DNA of 64,000 bases, taken from assembly GCA_951406725.2 (NCBI GenBank), contig OX597827.1, positions 47,616,001-47,680,000 of the forward strand, written 5' to 3'. The position numbers and the translations under genes are program-made. The notes beneath the pieces are model-generated. The model was not told the DNA's origin. It worked only from the letters and a program-made list of their open reading frames with translations, and ran no database searches. Each line of letters starts with the position of its first letter. Position 1 is the stretch's first letter. This DNA is from Octopus vulgaris. Lineage: Eukaryota. Positions 12,621-23,826 of this stretch are shown here, one piece after another.

Positions 12621-14031
12621 ATGACGGGTAACGGAAATCCACGGACTGCCAGCTCAGAGAGCAACACTTGCCTGGCCACAGACATCATATTGAAAATCAT
12701 CTCATCAACACAAAATCAAGATATAAAAAGTGTCTTGTCGAAATATGATATCAAACAGGAAAGTGGAGCAATATACAAAAAATATTTTCACCAACTGTAA
12801 GTTTACGATGTTAAAGAAAGCAGCAGCTTTCTTGAATGATGGTGTCCAAGTTGAGCTCACAAAACCAAACCTCACCAACTGGATTATAGCAAGGATTGAA
12901 AACTTCCTCCCGGAGACTTGCAAAATGTGTGACAAACAGTACTGCATTACATTTGGCCAAAAACCAGCTTTGGCATGCTTCATCTGTGGACAAGGAATAC
13001 ACGAAGCGTGCTACTTAAAAAAGATAAATAACCACATCATTCCAGATATTCTAGGCCTACACTGGCTATGCAGTTATTGTTCACCAAGGGCCACAATAAC
13101 GAATGAACCTAGGACCCTACCACAGACAGGCCGTTCGAAACAGACATTGATTGGCGAAACTGACATGGCAAATAAATCCTGCCACACACAGGCCATCCAA
13201 GTGCCTCTTGTAAATGACAAGAATGAAGACAATGACATGCAAACACCTACAAAACAAGAAACAGGAGATCCTGCAGAAAAAGACCAAACTTCCCACGAAA
13301 AGAAACAGATCCAGAGCAAACGCTCAAATGAAGAAAGGCCAGTATGTATCCATTACAGGCGCAACAAGTGCAAACATGGTCTTTCAGGTACAGGGTGCAT
13401 GTACAGTCACCCCAAACCATGCAGACCATATATCAACTTCGGTACTGATCGAAAAAAAGGATGCCAAAATGGCCGAGAATGTGAACTCCTTCACCCAAAG
13501 ATGTGCCGCAATTCGCTGAGAAAAAAAGAATGTTTTGGTGAGAATTGCAAATTTATGCACGGGAAGGGTACAATTCGCATAAAAACTACTGAACCCACAC
13601 CACCAGGACCAAGCTCAGCAGGGTATGAAAACCATTTCCCAAAAATGCGGAAACCAGGTCATGGCTCAGCAGGGTATGAAAACCATTTCCCAAAAATGCG
13701 GAACCCAGGTCATGGCTCAACAGTGAATGAAAATCATGCTACTCAATTGCATACATCAGCTGTAACAAACCCAAACTCGCAGAAATTCGATATAGTAATG
13801 AATGAAAGCAGTTTTTTAGGCATAATCTACCAACTACAACAACAGCTGTACTCCATACAGACGACTCAGCAAAACCAGGCAACATTGATACAAAGGCTGA
13901 CACCTGGACTTACAGGGCACGTACAACAAATACAGACAGCCCAGCAGACCAAATATCCAGTCAGCACAGTCCCAGCAACTACAACAGTCTTGCCAACAAT
14001 AGGGCAGATGTATCCGGTACAACAAGCATAA
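12621..14031 (+). CDS. LINE ORF1p (PHD finger, three CCCH zinc fingers, Q-rich tail) with an apparent +1 frameshift at A6 12777-12782
   Basis: PHD: CKMC...CFIC...HEAC...WLCSYC. CCCH: CIHYRRNKCKHGLSGTGCMYSH, CRPYINFGTDRKKGCQNGRECELLH, CRNSLRKKECFGENCKFMH. The ATG-12621 frame stops at 12800 unless one A is removed, which joins it to the 12730-14031 frame (469 aa). Confidence 0.85.
13613..13737 (+). repeat. In-frame 51 bp tandem repeat (~2.4 copies) inside ORF1
   Basis: Units start at 13613, 13664 and 13715 and encode SAGYENHFPKMRxPGHG. Confidence 0.9.
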
Positions 14032-17018
14032 TAACAGCAAATATCCAGGGTCTTTATCCGAAAACAAAACAGTGTAAAGTCCCTTTCTTGGAAGAATTAG
14101 CAACAGAAAACAACTCCAAAATAATTGGAATTACTGAAAGTCATCTCAACGAAAACATCCGCAACAGCGAAATCACAATCAATAGATTCAACATCTTCAG
14201 ATGTGATAGACAAGGCAGATCCCATGGGGGCGTTATCATGTATATCCATGATACCTATGCATGCATAGAACTTGTCAATGAATCAAATGCCTACTGCAAC
14301 CTGCTGTGCATAAAAATCATCCATCTTAATACAGTTGTAACAATAATGTACAGACCGCCAAACAGCCCAACATTATCCTTCACTGAGCCACTGACGAAGC
14401 TCCAACAAATTCTGGGAAACATGGCAAGTCCAATGCCAGACATTATCCTCCTTGGTGACTTCAACTTCCCTAACATCATCTGGCCACATGGACACATACT
14501 AAAACTGGGGACAAAAGCTGAACAAATACAGGCAGCCAAACTGTTGGAAGTCACAGAGAAATTATACCTCAAACAAATGATGACAGAAGCAACAAGAAAT
14601 AATAATACGATCGACTTGGTTTTCACCAACAACGAGGACACGCTATTTGACCTTCACTCAACCCCAACAATCCTTTCAGACCACAATATTATTGAAATGC
14701 ATTTACACATTGGTAATGAGCCCAATGCCACAACTCTTAAACAAAAGGACATGCCAAAGCTATGCAGGTATGATTATCACCAGGCAAATTGGGAAACTAT
14801 TAACAACGAGTTACAAATCATTGACTGGGATCTCTACCTTACTGGGCCAGATAAACACAAGAAATTCTTAAACAAGATCGAAGAAATATGTGAAAAAAAT
14901 GTTCCTCTAAAGAAAACCAAGTCCACAAAAAAACCTGTACCACGGGAGCGAAAGATTCTGATGCGCAAAAGGTCAAGACTAAGAAACAAAACATCTAAGC
15001 TGACATCAAAACATGAATTACAGAAAGTCCTTGACCAAATATACAGATTAGAAGACAATCTAAAACAACACTATGATGAAGAACGTAACAATGCAGAAAA
15101 GAAAGCCATAGAAAACATCAAGAAAAATCCAAAATGTTTCTACAGTTTTGCAAAGAAATACTCGAACACCAAGTCAACAATAGGACCTCTCCAGAGACAA
15201 AATGGGGATGTAGTGAATAACCCTATTGAAATGGCAGAAATGTTGGGTCAACAGTATGAAAGTGTCTTCAGTGAGCCATCTAAAACCATGAAGATCCATG
15301 ACCCAGGAAAATTCTTCAAGGATATCGACCATACTAAACCTACCCTATCCGACATTGATTTCAACCCAGAAGACATAGCAAGAGCAATAGACAAGCTCTC
15401 CATGCACTCGGCTGCGGGGCCTGACGGTTTCAATGCCATGATACTTAAAAACTGCAAGGCACAATTGTCGAAACCCCTTTACATGATATGGAGGGAATCT
15501 ATGGAGAATGGCAAAATACCAAATACATATAAAGAAGCACACATAACTCCAATACATAAAGGGGATAGCAAATCAAAACCAAAGAACTACCGACCAATCT
15601 CACTGACATCACACATTATCAAGGTCTTCGAAAGAATAGTTCGTGGAAAACTGGTTGAGTTCCTGGAATCCAACAATCTGATGAATTGCAACCAGCATGG
15701 ATTCAGGTTAGGTAGATCATGCCTTTCCCAACTACTGGCACACCATGACCAAATCCTAGAAAATCTAGAGAATGGATACAACACAGATGTTATCTACCTC
15801 GACTTTGCCAAGGCATTTGACAAGGTAGATCATGGCATCCTGGGTCACAAACTCCGAAAGCTAGAAGTAGGAGGAAAAGTTGGTACATGGATACACGAGT
15901 TCCTTACAAATAGAACTCAAACAGTCACTGTGAATGGAACCCATTCAACACCATCACCTGTGACCAGCAGTGTTCCTCAGGGTATAGTACTCGGCCCAAT
16001 CCTGTTTCTCATCCTCATCTCTGACATAGATGAAGATACAACCAGCAACGTCTCATCCTTTGCTGATGACACCAGGGTCATGAGACAAATCAAAGACGAG
16101 GTGGATACAGAGGCCTTACAAAAGGACCTGACCACCATATATAAATGGCAGGAAACAAACAACATGTTGTTCAATGATAAGAAGTTTGAACTAATTCGCT
16201 ACGGAACAGATCAAGATCTGAAAAATACAACAAACTACAGAAACCCATCAGGACAACAAATAATGGAAAAACAGTATGTGAAAGATTTAGGCATCCACAT
16301 GGGAACCAACCTAAAATTCAGAGAACACCTTGACTCAGTCTGTCTTACTGCAAGAAAGTACAGCGGGTGGATCTTGCGCACCTTCAAATCAAGAGATACC
16401 TCAACAATGAAAACCCTCTGGAACAGTATGATACTTCCGAGGATTGACTACTGTTCTCAGTTGTGGTCACCAACAACAAAGGGCCAACTATCTAAGATAG
16501 AATCGCTCCAAAGAAATTTTACCTCATACTTCTCAGAAACGAGGGACCTGGACTATTGGCAAAGACTCAAAACCTTGAGGATGTACTCAATAGAAAGAAG
16601 ATTTGAGCGATACCGAATTATATACATTTGGAAAATGATAGAGCAGAAGGTGCCAAACTTTGGTATCAAAACCTATCACTCACTGCGCCACGGAAGACGC
16701 TGCCAGCTGCCACCAATCAACAAAAAGGCTGGCCAGGCAGCAAAAACCCTGCGAGAATCAAGTCTGTTGGTTCGAGGAGCACAACTGTTCAACTCCATTC
16801 CGGTACATGTCAGAAATCTATCAGGATGCAGTGTGGAATCATTCAAATTGCAACTGGATAGATACTTAAGCACCATTAGAGATGAACCCCATCTCCCAGG
16901 ATATACACAACGAGCACAAACTGACTCAAACTCGCTCCTACACATGTCAAATTTAAGCAGAGAATACAACCTGGCAACCACACCAGACTCTGAGGGTGGA
17001 GTCTTCGACTTGGCCTGA
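13806..17018 (+). CDS. LINE ORF2p: APE endonuclease plus reverse transcriptase (stop-to-stop open frame; true start unknown)
   Basis: APE motifs ANIQGL, ITESHL, YRPP, GDFN, IDLVF, SDH. RT motifs NYRPISLTS, QHGF, YLDFAKAFDKVDH, PQGIVLGP, FADD, KDLG. No stop between TGA 13803-13805 and 17018. Confidence 0.95.
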   Translation, partial: KQFFRHNLPTTTTAVLHTDDSAKPGNIDTKADTWTYRARTTNTDSPADQISSQHSPSNYNSLANNRADVSGTTSIITANIQGLYPKTKQCKVPFLEELATENNSKIIGITESHLNENIRNSEITINRFNIFRCDRQGRSHGGVIMYIHDTYACIELVNESNAYCNLLCIKIIHLNTVVTIMYRPPNSPTLSFTEPLTKLQQILGNMASPMPDIILLGDFNFPNIIWPHGHILKLGTKAEQIQAAKLLEVTEKLYLKQMMTEATRNNNTIDLVFTNNEDTLFDLHSTPTILSDHNIIEMHLHIGNEPNATTLKQKDMPKLCRYDYHQANWETINNELQIIDWDLYLTGPDKHKKFLNKIEEICEKNVPLKKTKSTKKPVPRERKILMRKRSRLRNKTSKLTSKHELQKVLDQIYRLEDNLKQHYDEERNNAEKKAIENIKKNPKCFYSFAKKYSNTKSTIGPLQRQNGDVVNNPIEMAEMLGQQYESVFSEPSKTMKIHDPGKFFKDIDHTKPTLSDIDFNPEDIARAIDKLSMHSAAGPDGFNAMILKNCKAQLSKPLYMIWRESMENGKIPNTYKEAHITPIHKGDSKSKPKNYRPISLTSHIIKVFERIVRGKLVEFLESNNLMNCNQHGFRLGRSCLSQLLAHHDQILENLENGYNTDVIYLDFAKAFDKVDHGILGHKLRKLEVGGKVGTWIHEFLTNRTQTVTVNGTHSTPSPVTSSVPQGIVLGPILFLILISDIDEDTTSNVSSFADDTRVMRQIKDEVDTEALQKDLTTIYKWQETNNMLFNDKKFELIRYGTDQDLKNTTNYRNPSGQQIMEKQYVKDLGIHMGTNLKFREHLDSVCLTARKYSGWILRTFKSRDTSTMKTLWNSMILPRIDYCSQLWSPTTKGQLSKIESLQRNFTSYFSETRDLDYWQRLKTLRMYSIERRFERYRIIYIWKMIEQKVPNFGIKTYHSLRHGRRCQLPPINKKAGQAAKTLRESSLLVRGAQLFNSIPVHVRNLSGCSVESFKLQLDRYLSTIRDEPHLPGYTQRAQTDSNSLLHMSNLSREYNLATTPDSEGGVFDLA

Positions 17019-17050
17019 GCATGGACTCAAACCCAAATGAAATGAAATGT

Positions 17051-17280
17051 GCATTGTGGTTTCGTCTATACTTGTCCCCCACCACCACTACTTGACAAGC
17101 GGTATTAGTGTGTTTACTTCCCTGTAATAAAGCAGTTCAGCAAAAGAGACCGATAGAATACGTACGTACCTGGCTTCAAAATCATATACAACATAAGTAC
17201 TGGTGTTGTTTCTTCGACTACAAGTTTTCAAGGTGGTGCTCTAGCATGGACTTGGTGTAATGAATGACAAAAGGAAAGCA
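17051..17280 (+). mobile_element. 3' half of the family A SINE split by the LINE
   Basis: CTTGACAAGCGGTATTAGTGTGTTTA...GCAAAAGAGACCGATAGAATA...GGTGGTGCTCTAGCATGG matches the family A 3' part. Confidence 0.7.
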
Positions 17281-17282
17281 TG

Positions 17283-17349
<67 letters not shown>

Positions 17350-17353
<4 letters not shown>

Positions 17354-17551
17354 ATCCAAACATGAAAACAGAAAGAGAAAACACAACAACGCGAGGACGT
17401 GGAACAAATATATTGGACGCTCAAGAAGGAAGGGAAGAAGGAGGGTTTAACGTTTCGAGCGGAACTCTTCGTCGGAAACAGAGGAGAAGGAAAGATCGAG
17501 AGAAGGGAAGACAGAGGGAAAAAATCGCCAACGGTACACACGCGGTCACAA
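17350..17551 (-). mobile_element. Short non-coding repeat carrying a minimal hammerhead-like motif (17445-17479), copy 2
   Basis: Minus strand: GTTT-CCGACGA-A-GAGT-TCC-GCTC-GAAA-CG-TT-AAAC. Homologous to 479-673. Confidence 0.65.
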
Positions 17552-18084
17552 CTTGAATGTGTAGAGAGAAGGAGAGATAGAAAGAAAGGAAGAAAGAGAG
17601 ATAGCGAGAAAGAAGGAAAAGAAAAAAGATAGATAGGCCCATATAACTTATATAAAAATCTTATATACAAAAGATTTCAATATTTTTTCAGTGGAATCTA
17701 GTAATTCTTCCTCAATACGTATTTTATATGCTTACCTAAATCATACATAAGAAAAAAGAAAAGATGTTCTCCATGTTTTATCACGCTTTCATTAATGTAT
17801 TTTCTGCTAATAGATGTTTTTTTCTTTTAATATCAGATCTAAAAGTCTTGTTTCATCACCAATTTGTTGCTTCTATTCATTTTTTCAAACTGTCAACTAT
17901 CTACTACCTTTTCAATGTGTTAGCCGTTAGTTAGCGCCTCATGCTTCTCAACCACATGGTTCTGGGTTGAGTCCCCCTGCACGGCACTTTGGTTAAATGT
18001 CTTCTACTTGGGCCGAATAGAGGCTTGTGAATGGATTTAGTACAAAGAATCTAAATGAAGCCCGTTGTATATATATATATATAT

Positions 18085-18316
18085 ATTTCTTTACTGCCCA
18101 CAAGGGGCTAAACATAGAGGGGACAAACAAGTACAGACAAAGGGATTAAGTCGATTACATCGACCCCAGTGCGAAACTGGTGCTTTATTTATCGACCCCG
18201 AAAGGATGAAAGGCAAAGTTGACCACGGCGGAATTTGAACTCAGAACGTGACGACAGACGAAATACGGCTAAGCATTTCGACCGACACGCTAACGTTTCT
18301 GACACCTCGCCGCCTT
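18085..18316 (-). mobile_element. SINE family C monomer
   Basis: Minus strand GGCGGCGAG...GAGTTCAAATTCC (B box)...GCCTTTCATCCTTTCGGGGTCGATAAA; many copies in the window. Confidence 0.85.
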
Positions 18317-19761
18317 AATTGGTATTTGATTTTATGTTTGGCATCTGTCGCTCGTCAATCACTGCTTATTTTACATCCATCAGGTTTCTCTTTTTTTCTG
18401 CTTTTTTTCTTTTCTTTGATGTTTGCCTCACTCGTTTCTGACTGCAAATGCTTTTTCTTTTTCCCTATATATTCATGTAAATTTGATTTCAAATACTTTT
18501 CATTCTCTCCCTCCTTCTGTCTTTCCCTCTACCCCACCTCTCTCAATCTCTGTCTCGCCAAACCGATACTCGCAGACAAAATGCTTAGTGGCACTTTGCA
18601 GATCTCTTACGTCTGATTTCGAACTCTACCGCGGTAGACTTTGTCTTTAATCCTTTCGGTATCGATAAAATCAGTACCAATTAGGAACCGGGGTCGAAAA
18701 ATTAAGAACTAATTTGACATTCGGTTCTACAAAAGGCATTGTGCTTATGTTAGAAAAGATTCTCTGTCTCACTTAATCTTATATTTCCATACTTCATCTT
18801 TTCTGTTCTCTTTTCCTTTCCTTTCCTTGTTTTCATTTCTCTTACCATCTCGTCCCGACGTATTTTACATCTTGCTCTACTTTTCCTACTATTTTTTATT
18901 ATTTCTTATCTTTTATATTAACTCATCTATTCTTTCTTACTTGCTTTCTTTCTTTCCTTTTTCTTTTTTTCTTTCTTTTTCTCCCTCTCTTTTTAACTTT
19001 CCATATGTCAGCTTTCATTTCTCTAATTCCTTTCTTCTTATCAACCACATGCATTCCTACTTCGTACTCTTCATTCATATTTCACCATTCACTGTTTTAC
19101 TTCTTTATATTCTAACTGCATTTCTTTCTTTGCAAAAAAGCCCCTTTGATGTTGTTGATGTTGTTGTTGCTATTCGGCCCACCATATCATCCGTGATCTC
19201 GCAGTCTATGTTAATGCTTTCAACCGTTCCCATAGCACACATTATTTCCTTTTTTCTCGTTTCTTCATTTTTCGGTAAAAGCTTTGTGTTTAGATCTATA
19301 TTGTTCTGCCATGTTTGCAGACAGTGTTGTGTGATTAGTATGAGATGCTGCAGCAAATAGGGCAGCCATCTATAGGCTCACTATTTCTTTTGAAGTCGTT
19401 CATATTTGTCTTTTTGAACAATAAAGATCGATATGTTTCAGTTTGGTGCCACCGCAGTAATAGTACAGCAGACCTTTCATAAAAATATACTCCGGATATA
19501 ACATTGAATCCGTCTTCATATTAATACATATTATACCGTCTTTACTCTGTGCAGCATTGTTTCTCGTTCCATTCTCAGAGAATTTCATCACTCAAAACTT
19601 CATAGTAGTGGTAAATGCGAAGCGGCATTACTCATTTTGCAAATTAGACGGATCCAAGAGAGAAAACTATCCATCTCAGTATTCCCGTGTTGATATCTCG
19701 AACCCTAAGTACAGAGAAGCGTGTACCGAAATAAATGACGCAAGAAAGTCTATCATATCGA

Positions 19762-20161
19762 ATAAATCGACCCCAGGAATTAGTCTTTGTAAGCCAAGTA
19801 CCTATTCTATCGGTCTCTTTGCTGAATCACTAAGTTACGGGAACGTAAACATACCAACATGTGTTATCAAACGATGTTGGGGTACAAACAGATACACAAA
19901 CACACATACATACATTCATACACACATACATACATACATACATACATACATACATACACACATACTTTATATAAATATATATACATATATACATACATAT
20001 ACATATGCGACGGGATTCTTTCAGTTTCCGTTTACCAAATCCACTCACAAGGATTTGATCGACCCGAGGCTATAGTAGAAGACACTTGCCGAAGGTGCAA
20101 CGCAGTGGGGCTGAACTCGGAACAATATGGTTGGTAAGCAAGGTACTTACCACACAGCCAT
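19762..20161 (-). mobile_element. SINE family A, partial
   Basis: Homologous to 1240-1650. Confidence 0.8.
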
Positions 20162-20167
20162 GCTTAT

Positions 20168-20209
<42 letters not shown>

Positions 20210-21219
20210 ACAGACACACATATATATATATATATGTATATATAATATATAATTATAATTAAAGTACGGAAGAGGCACCATGATGCTAGAAATAGCAGAC
20301 AAAACTGACTATAGTACCACATCATGTATTAATATACGACTGGGGATAAGATAAAGGAAAAAAAAGTAGCAATCATTGATTGGCTGTGTTAATTTATCTT
20401 ATCACTAGTGCTGTATGGATACTAAATGTGGTTTTAGAGTCTTTTTTAACTGCTATTTCAGACTTGGTGCTGCCCCTACGGTACCCTTAATTATAATCAT
20501 GTTTATATTATTAATACAGCTATAATGATTATCAACACTCCAGCCACCCACCTTCAGCCGCACCCACCACAACCACGGCCACCACCACGATAATAGTGAT
20601 GTTTGCAGTTTGAAAATTCTACATAATGATCTTATGTATAAATATACATATAAACACACACACACATATATATGTATGTATGATGTGTATATATGTAGGC
20701 ATGTATGAATGTATATATGTATGCGTGTATTGGATGTATTTATGTATACTACTGTATGTCGGTTACTTTCTTTTGAAGAAGATAAAGTGTGATTTGATGA
20801 AGATTTGAGTAATAATTCGAACGGGTAAATCGACCTCGCATAAACTATGTCGATGGTCCGTAGTGATCTACACTGTCTCTTGTTATTGATTATCACGATG
20901 ATGATGGATGATGAGAAGGAAATTGGAGGACATCGACGACGATGATGGTGGAAAATACGACGACAACGACCACTACCACCAACACCACCACCACCGCAAC
21001 TACCTTCACTCCCACTGCCACCACCGCCACCACCACGATAATTGTGATGTTTGCAGTTGGTGTCTTCTTCTTCTTCTTCCAATCAGGACTCACTCCATTA
21101 GCCACAAAGAGTAATCTCTAATTTGAGCCTACTCTAAGAATGCGTGTGGCCACTTGAAGATCCACCCACCACACGCGATAGACTGTCGGTTGCACAGGTG
21201 CGAAAGCTACGTTGTTATA

Positions 21220-21530
21220 CTCTTTCCGTAAACGGTGGCATTTAACGGGTGGAGAGCTGAATCATCATTTGCAATGTAGACGAGGGTCTGAAAGTTTACC
21301 ACACTATAGTGGGTTACACCATGGTTCCTCTGCTTTGTGACAAAAATAGGAAGAAAGAGTGTGAGAAAGTTGTGGTGTAAGAGCACAGCAGGATTCACCA
21401 CCCCGCCCCGCCGGCGCCTCTTGGAGCTTAGGTATCTTTGCTCAATAAACACTCACAATGTCCGGTCTGGGAATCGAAACCGCATACTTACGACCACGAG
21501 TCCGCTTCCCTAACCACTGGGCTATTGCGC
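21220..21530 (-). mobile_element. SINE family B
   Basis: Head at ~21460-21530 is homologous to other B copies. Confidence 0.75.
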
Positions 21531-22740
21531 CTCCACTAATGCTGATGTTGTTTGCAGTAGCTGTATTAGAGAGCTGTATCCCAGGTTTGTGGAGTGTCTG
21601 CAAACCTATGATAAAGTGCTTTTCAACATTACCCGGCTCCACTCACTCTCAGCTTTCCTCTCACATTTTCCTGTTTTTGACAGAGCGTATACAGTATATT
21701 GGACTACATTAAAAGAATACGTCACATTTTATGAAAAACTCAGTTCAGAGTTTGAGAGATATTTAACTGCTATTTCTAGCAAATCATGTGACTTTCTCTG
21801 GTAATTTCTTATATCATTGCTGTGTAAATTTTCTCTGTTTTCTTGGAGAATACACGTCACTCCCAAATACCAATTCTGTGATATACTAGATTAGTCGCCA
21901 TTACAATTGCCGATTACATTTTTGCTCTAACTCCCTTTATCTGTCTCACTACCTCTCGTCTTATCCTTCATCTCGCATTCTTTCCATTTCTTTACTGCAT
22001 TCCTTCACTCACCATTCTATTTTCTTTCTTGCTATCCAATACATTTCATTGTGGATTACATTTTCGTCTTAACTACCCATCTCGGTTTTGTCGGTTGTTC
22101 ATATTGTCTTACTATATATTTTTTTCATATATCTTTCTTTCGGAACCTTGCTTATATTTTATTACATCTTATATTTTATTACATCTCTCATGTGTTACTT
22201 AATTTAGTTTTCTTCCAAAGCAATCTCCATTTCATAATAACCACCAATTTATTTTTCTCTTTATCTCGTCTTTTCACTTCACAGGCTAACAAAGAGGCAG
22301 AGACAAAATAGAGAGGGAAAAGAGAAATGGTGAAGCTGTGACACAGATAAACAGCTGACATATGCAACTTGTTAGCTCAGTATCTCCAGAAGTAATGGAT
22401 ATAATCAATTCTGCTGAACTTCAAACTACTAAATGCCTTGTTTCATTCATGTAAATTCATTTATTTCTTTGAGCTGCGTTGATGAAACCAGGCTATGTCC
22501 AAAATATCGAGAAGATACCTTCTTTCCGTGTATATACGTAGTCTTCCTTCTTGAAGACAGCAGAATGTGATTTGAACAAGGTTTAACTGCTATTTCAAGC
22601 TGGTCTAGTTAATGCATAGAATTAGCGATCATTATATCATGCATATAGCGTGTATACTGTTGAAAGGCTTCCAAATGGCATCATTCGTCGCAAGGTACAT
22701 CTTATATATATATATCTATATCTTATAGGTAGATATGCAT

Positions 22741-22775
<35 letters not shown>

Positions 22776-23534
22776 TTCTGCAAATGAAAATCGCTGTTTA
22801 GAAGGCTTCCAAGGGTATATATGATTCAAGTATTATGTACAGATGGATAATTTGAACTAATACGGCTTTACGTTGCTAATGGCAGATTTTAGCTGCATAG
22901 GGTTTCCGTAGTTTAAATTATAGCATTTGGACATGACCGTTCATATTTACGGCGTTCAATGTAATATATCTTATTGGTTGGTGCACTAGAGTCAACAGTG
23001 TCAATTATATTACCACCATATATGAATACTCATCAGATTTCGTAAATTGGGGATCAACATACTGTAACCTGAGGGTTTCGTATTACAATTTACAAGCGAC
23101 TATCTTTTTACCAATATAATAACATATTTACATCTAGTAAACCGTAAGCAAAAATAAAGCAATAAACTAAATATATTGCCCCATTCAAATTATACATTAT
23201 TATCAGCTATCTTGGGGTGGTAAGTTGGAGAAGCACAATATTTTGTTAGATGTCTTTACGTTCTGTGTTCAAATTCCACGGAAGTTACATTTGCTTTTAT
23301 TAAATCCGGGACCAATAAAATATTGTATGTGCCTATATTAGAAGATTTAAAATTATTTTCATCCCTCCGTGGTCAATGAAGGAAGTCCTAGTCACATACT
23401 GGTGTTGAGGGGTTAGGTTAATGCCACTAAAAAAATTGCCAACGTTGTGCATGTATTGAAAAATCATTGTTATGAGATTATCAATGACCAATGTTTGGCC
23501 GTATCAATTTTCAGTTTAATAATGCTACGTTAGG

Positions 23535-23826
23535 AGGCACATGGCCTAGTAGTTAGAACAGCGGACTCGCGGTCGAGGGATCGCGGGTTCGAATCTCAGA
23601 CCGGGCAATGTATGTGTTTATTAGTGAAACACCTAAGCTCTATGCGGCTCCGGCAGAAGGTGATGGCGAACTTCCGCTTTCTCTCACTCTTTGTCTCACT
23701 CTTTCCTCCTCCATCTTGCAGCTCACCTACGACGGACCGGCGTCCCCTCCAGGTGGGGAAGCTATACGCCAAGGAAACCGAGAAACCGGTCCTTATGAGC
23801 CAGGCGTGGCTCGAGAAGGAACAAAC
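23535..23826 (+). mobile_element. SINE family B
   Basis: GGCACATGGCCTAGTAGTTAG...GGTTCGAATCTC head; GAAACCGG...TGAGCC tail. Confidence 0.8.

Larger units (their letters stand above)
12136..17050 (+). mobile_element. Near-intact full-length CR1-group non-LTR retrotransposon
   Basis: ~480 nt C/A-rich 5' UTR, two long ORFs, very short 3' UTR ending in (AAATG)n at 17036-17050, and no clear TSD. Clade is judged from motifs; the 5' boundary is approximate. Confidence 0.92.

Noticed and set aside
14088-14090. TTG start given for ORF2 (and GTG 12730 for ORF1) by the ORF track
   Set aside because: These are prokaryote-style starts. Conserved APE sequence extends upstream of 14088, and ORF1 more plausibly begins at ATG 12621.
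19105-19720. Possible decayed LINE endonuclease fragment (also an RT-like YCLCFIDL at ~56620-56700)
   Set aside because: Too degenerate to support without alignment.
20453-21114. 209 aa Gly/Glu-rich ORF
   Set aside because: It is built from trinucleotide and dinucleotide repeats, with no domain or splice evidence.
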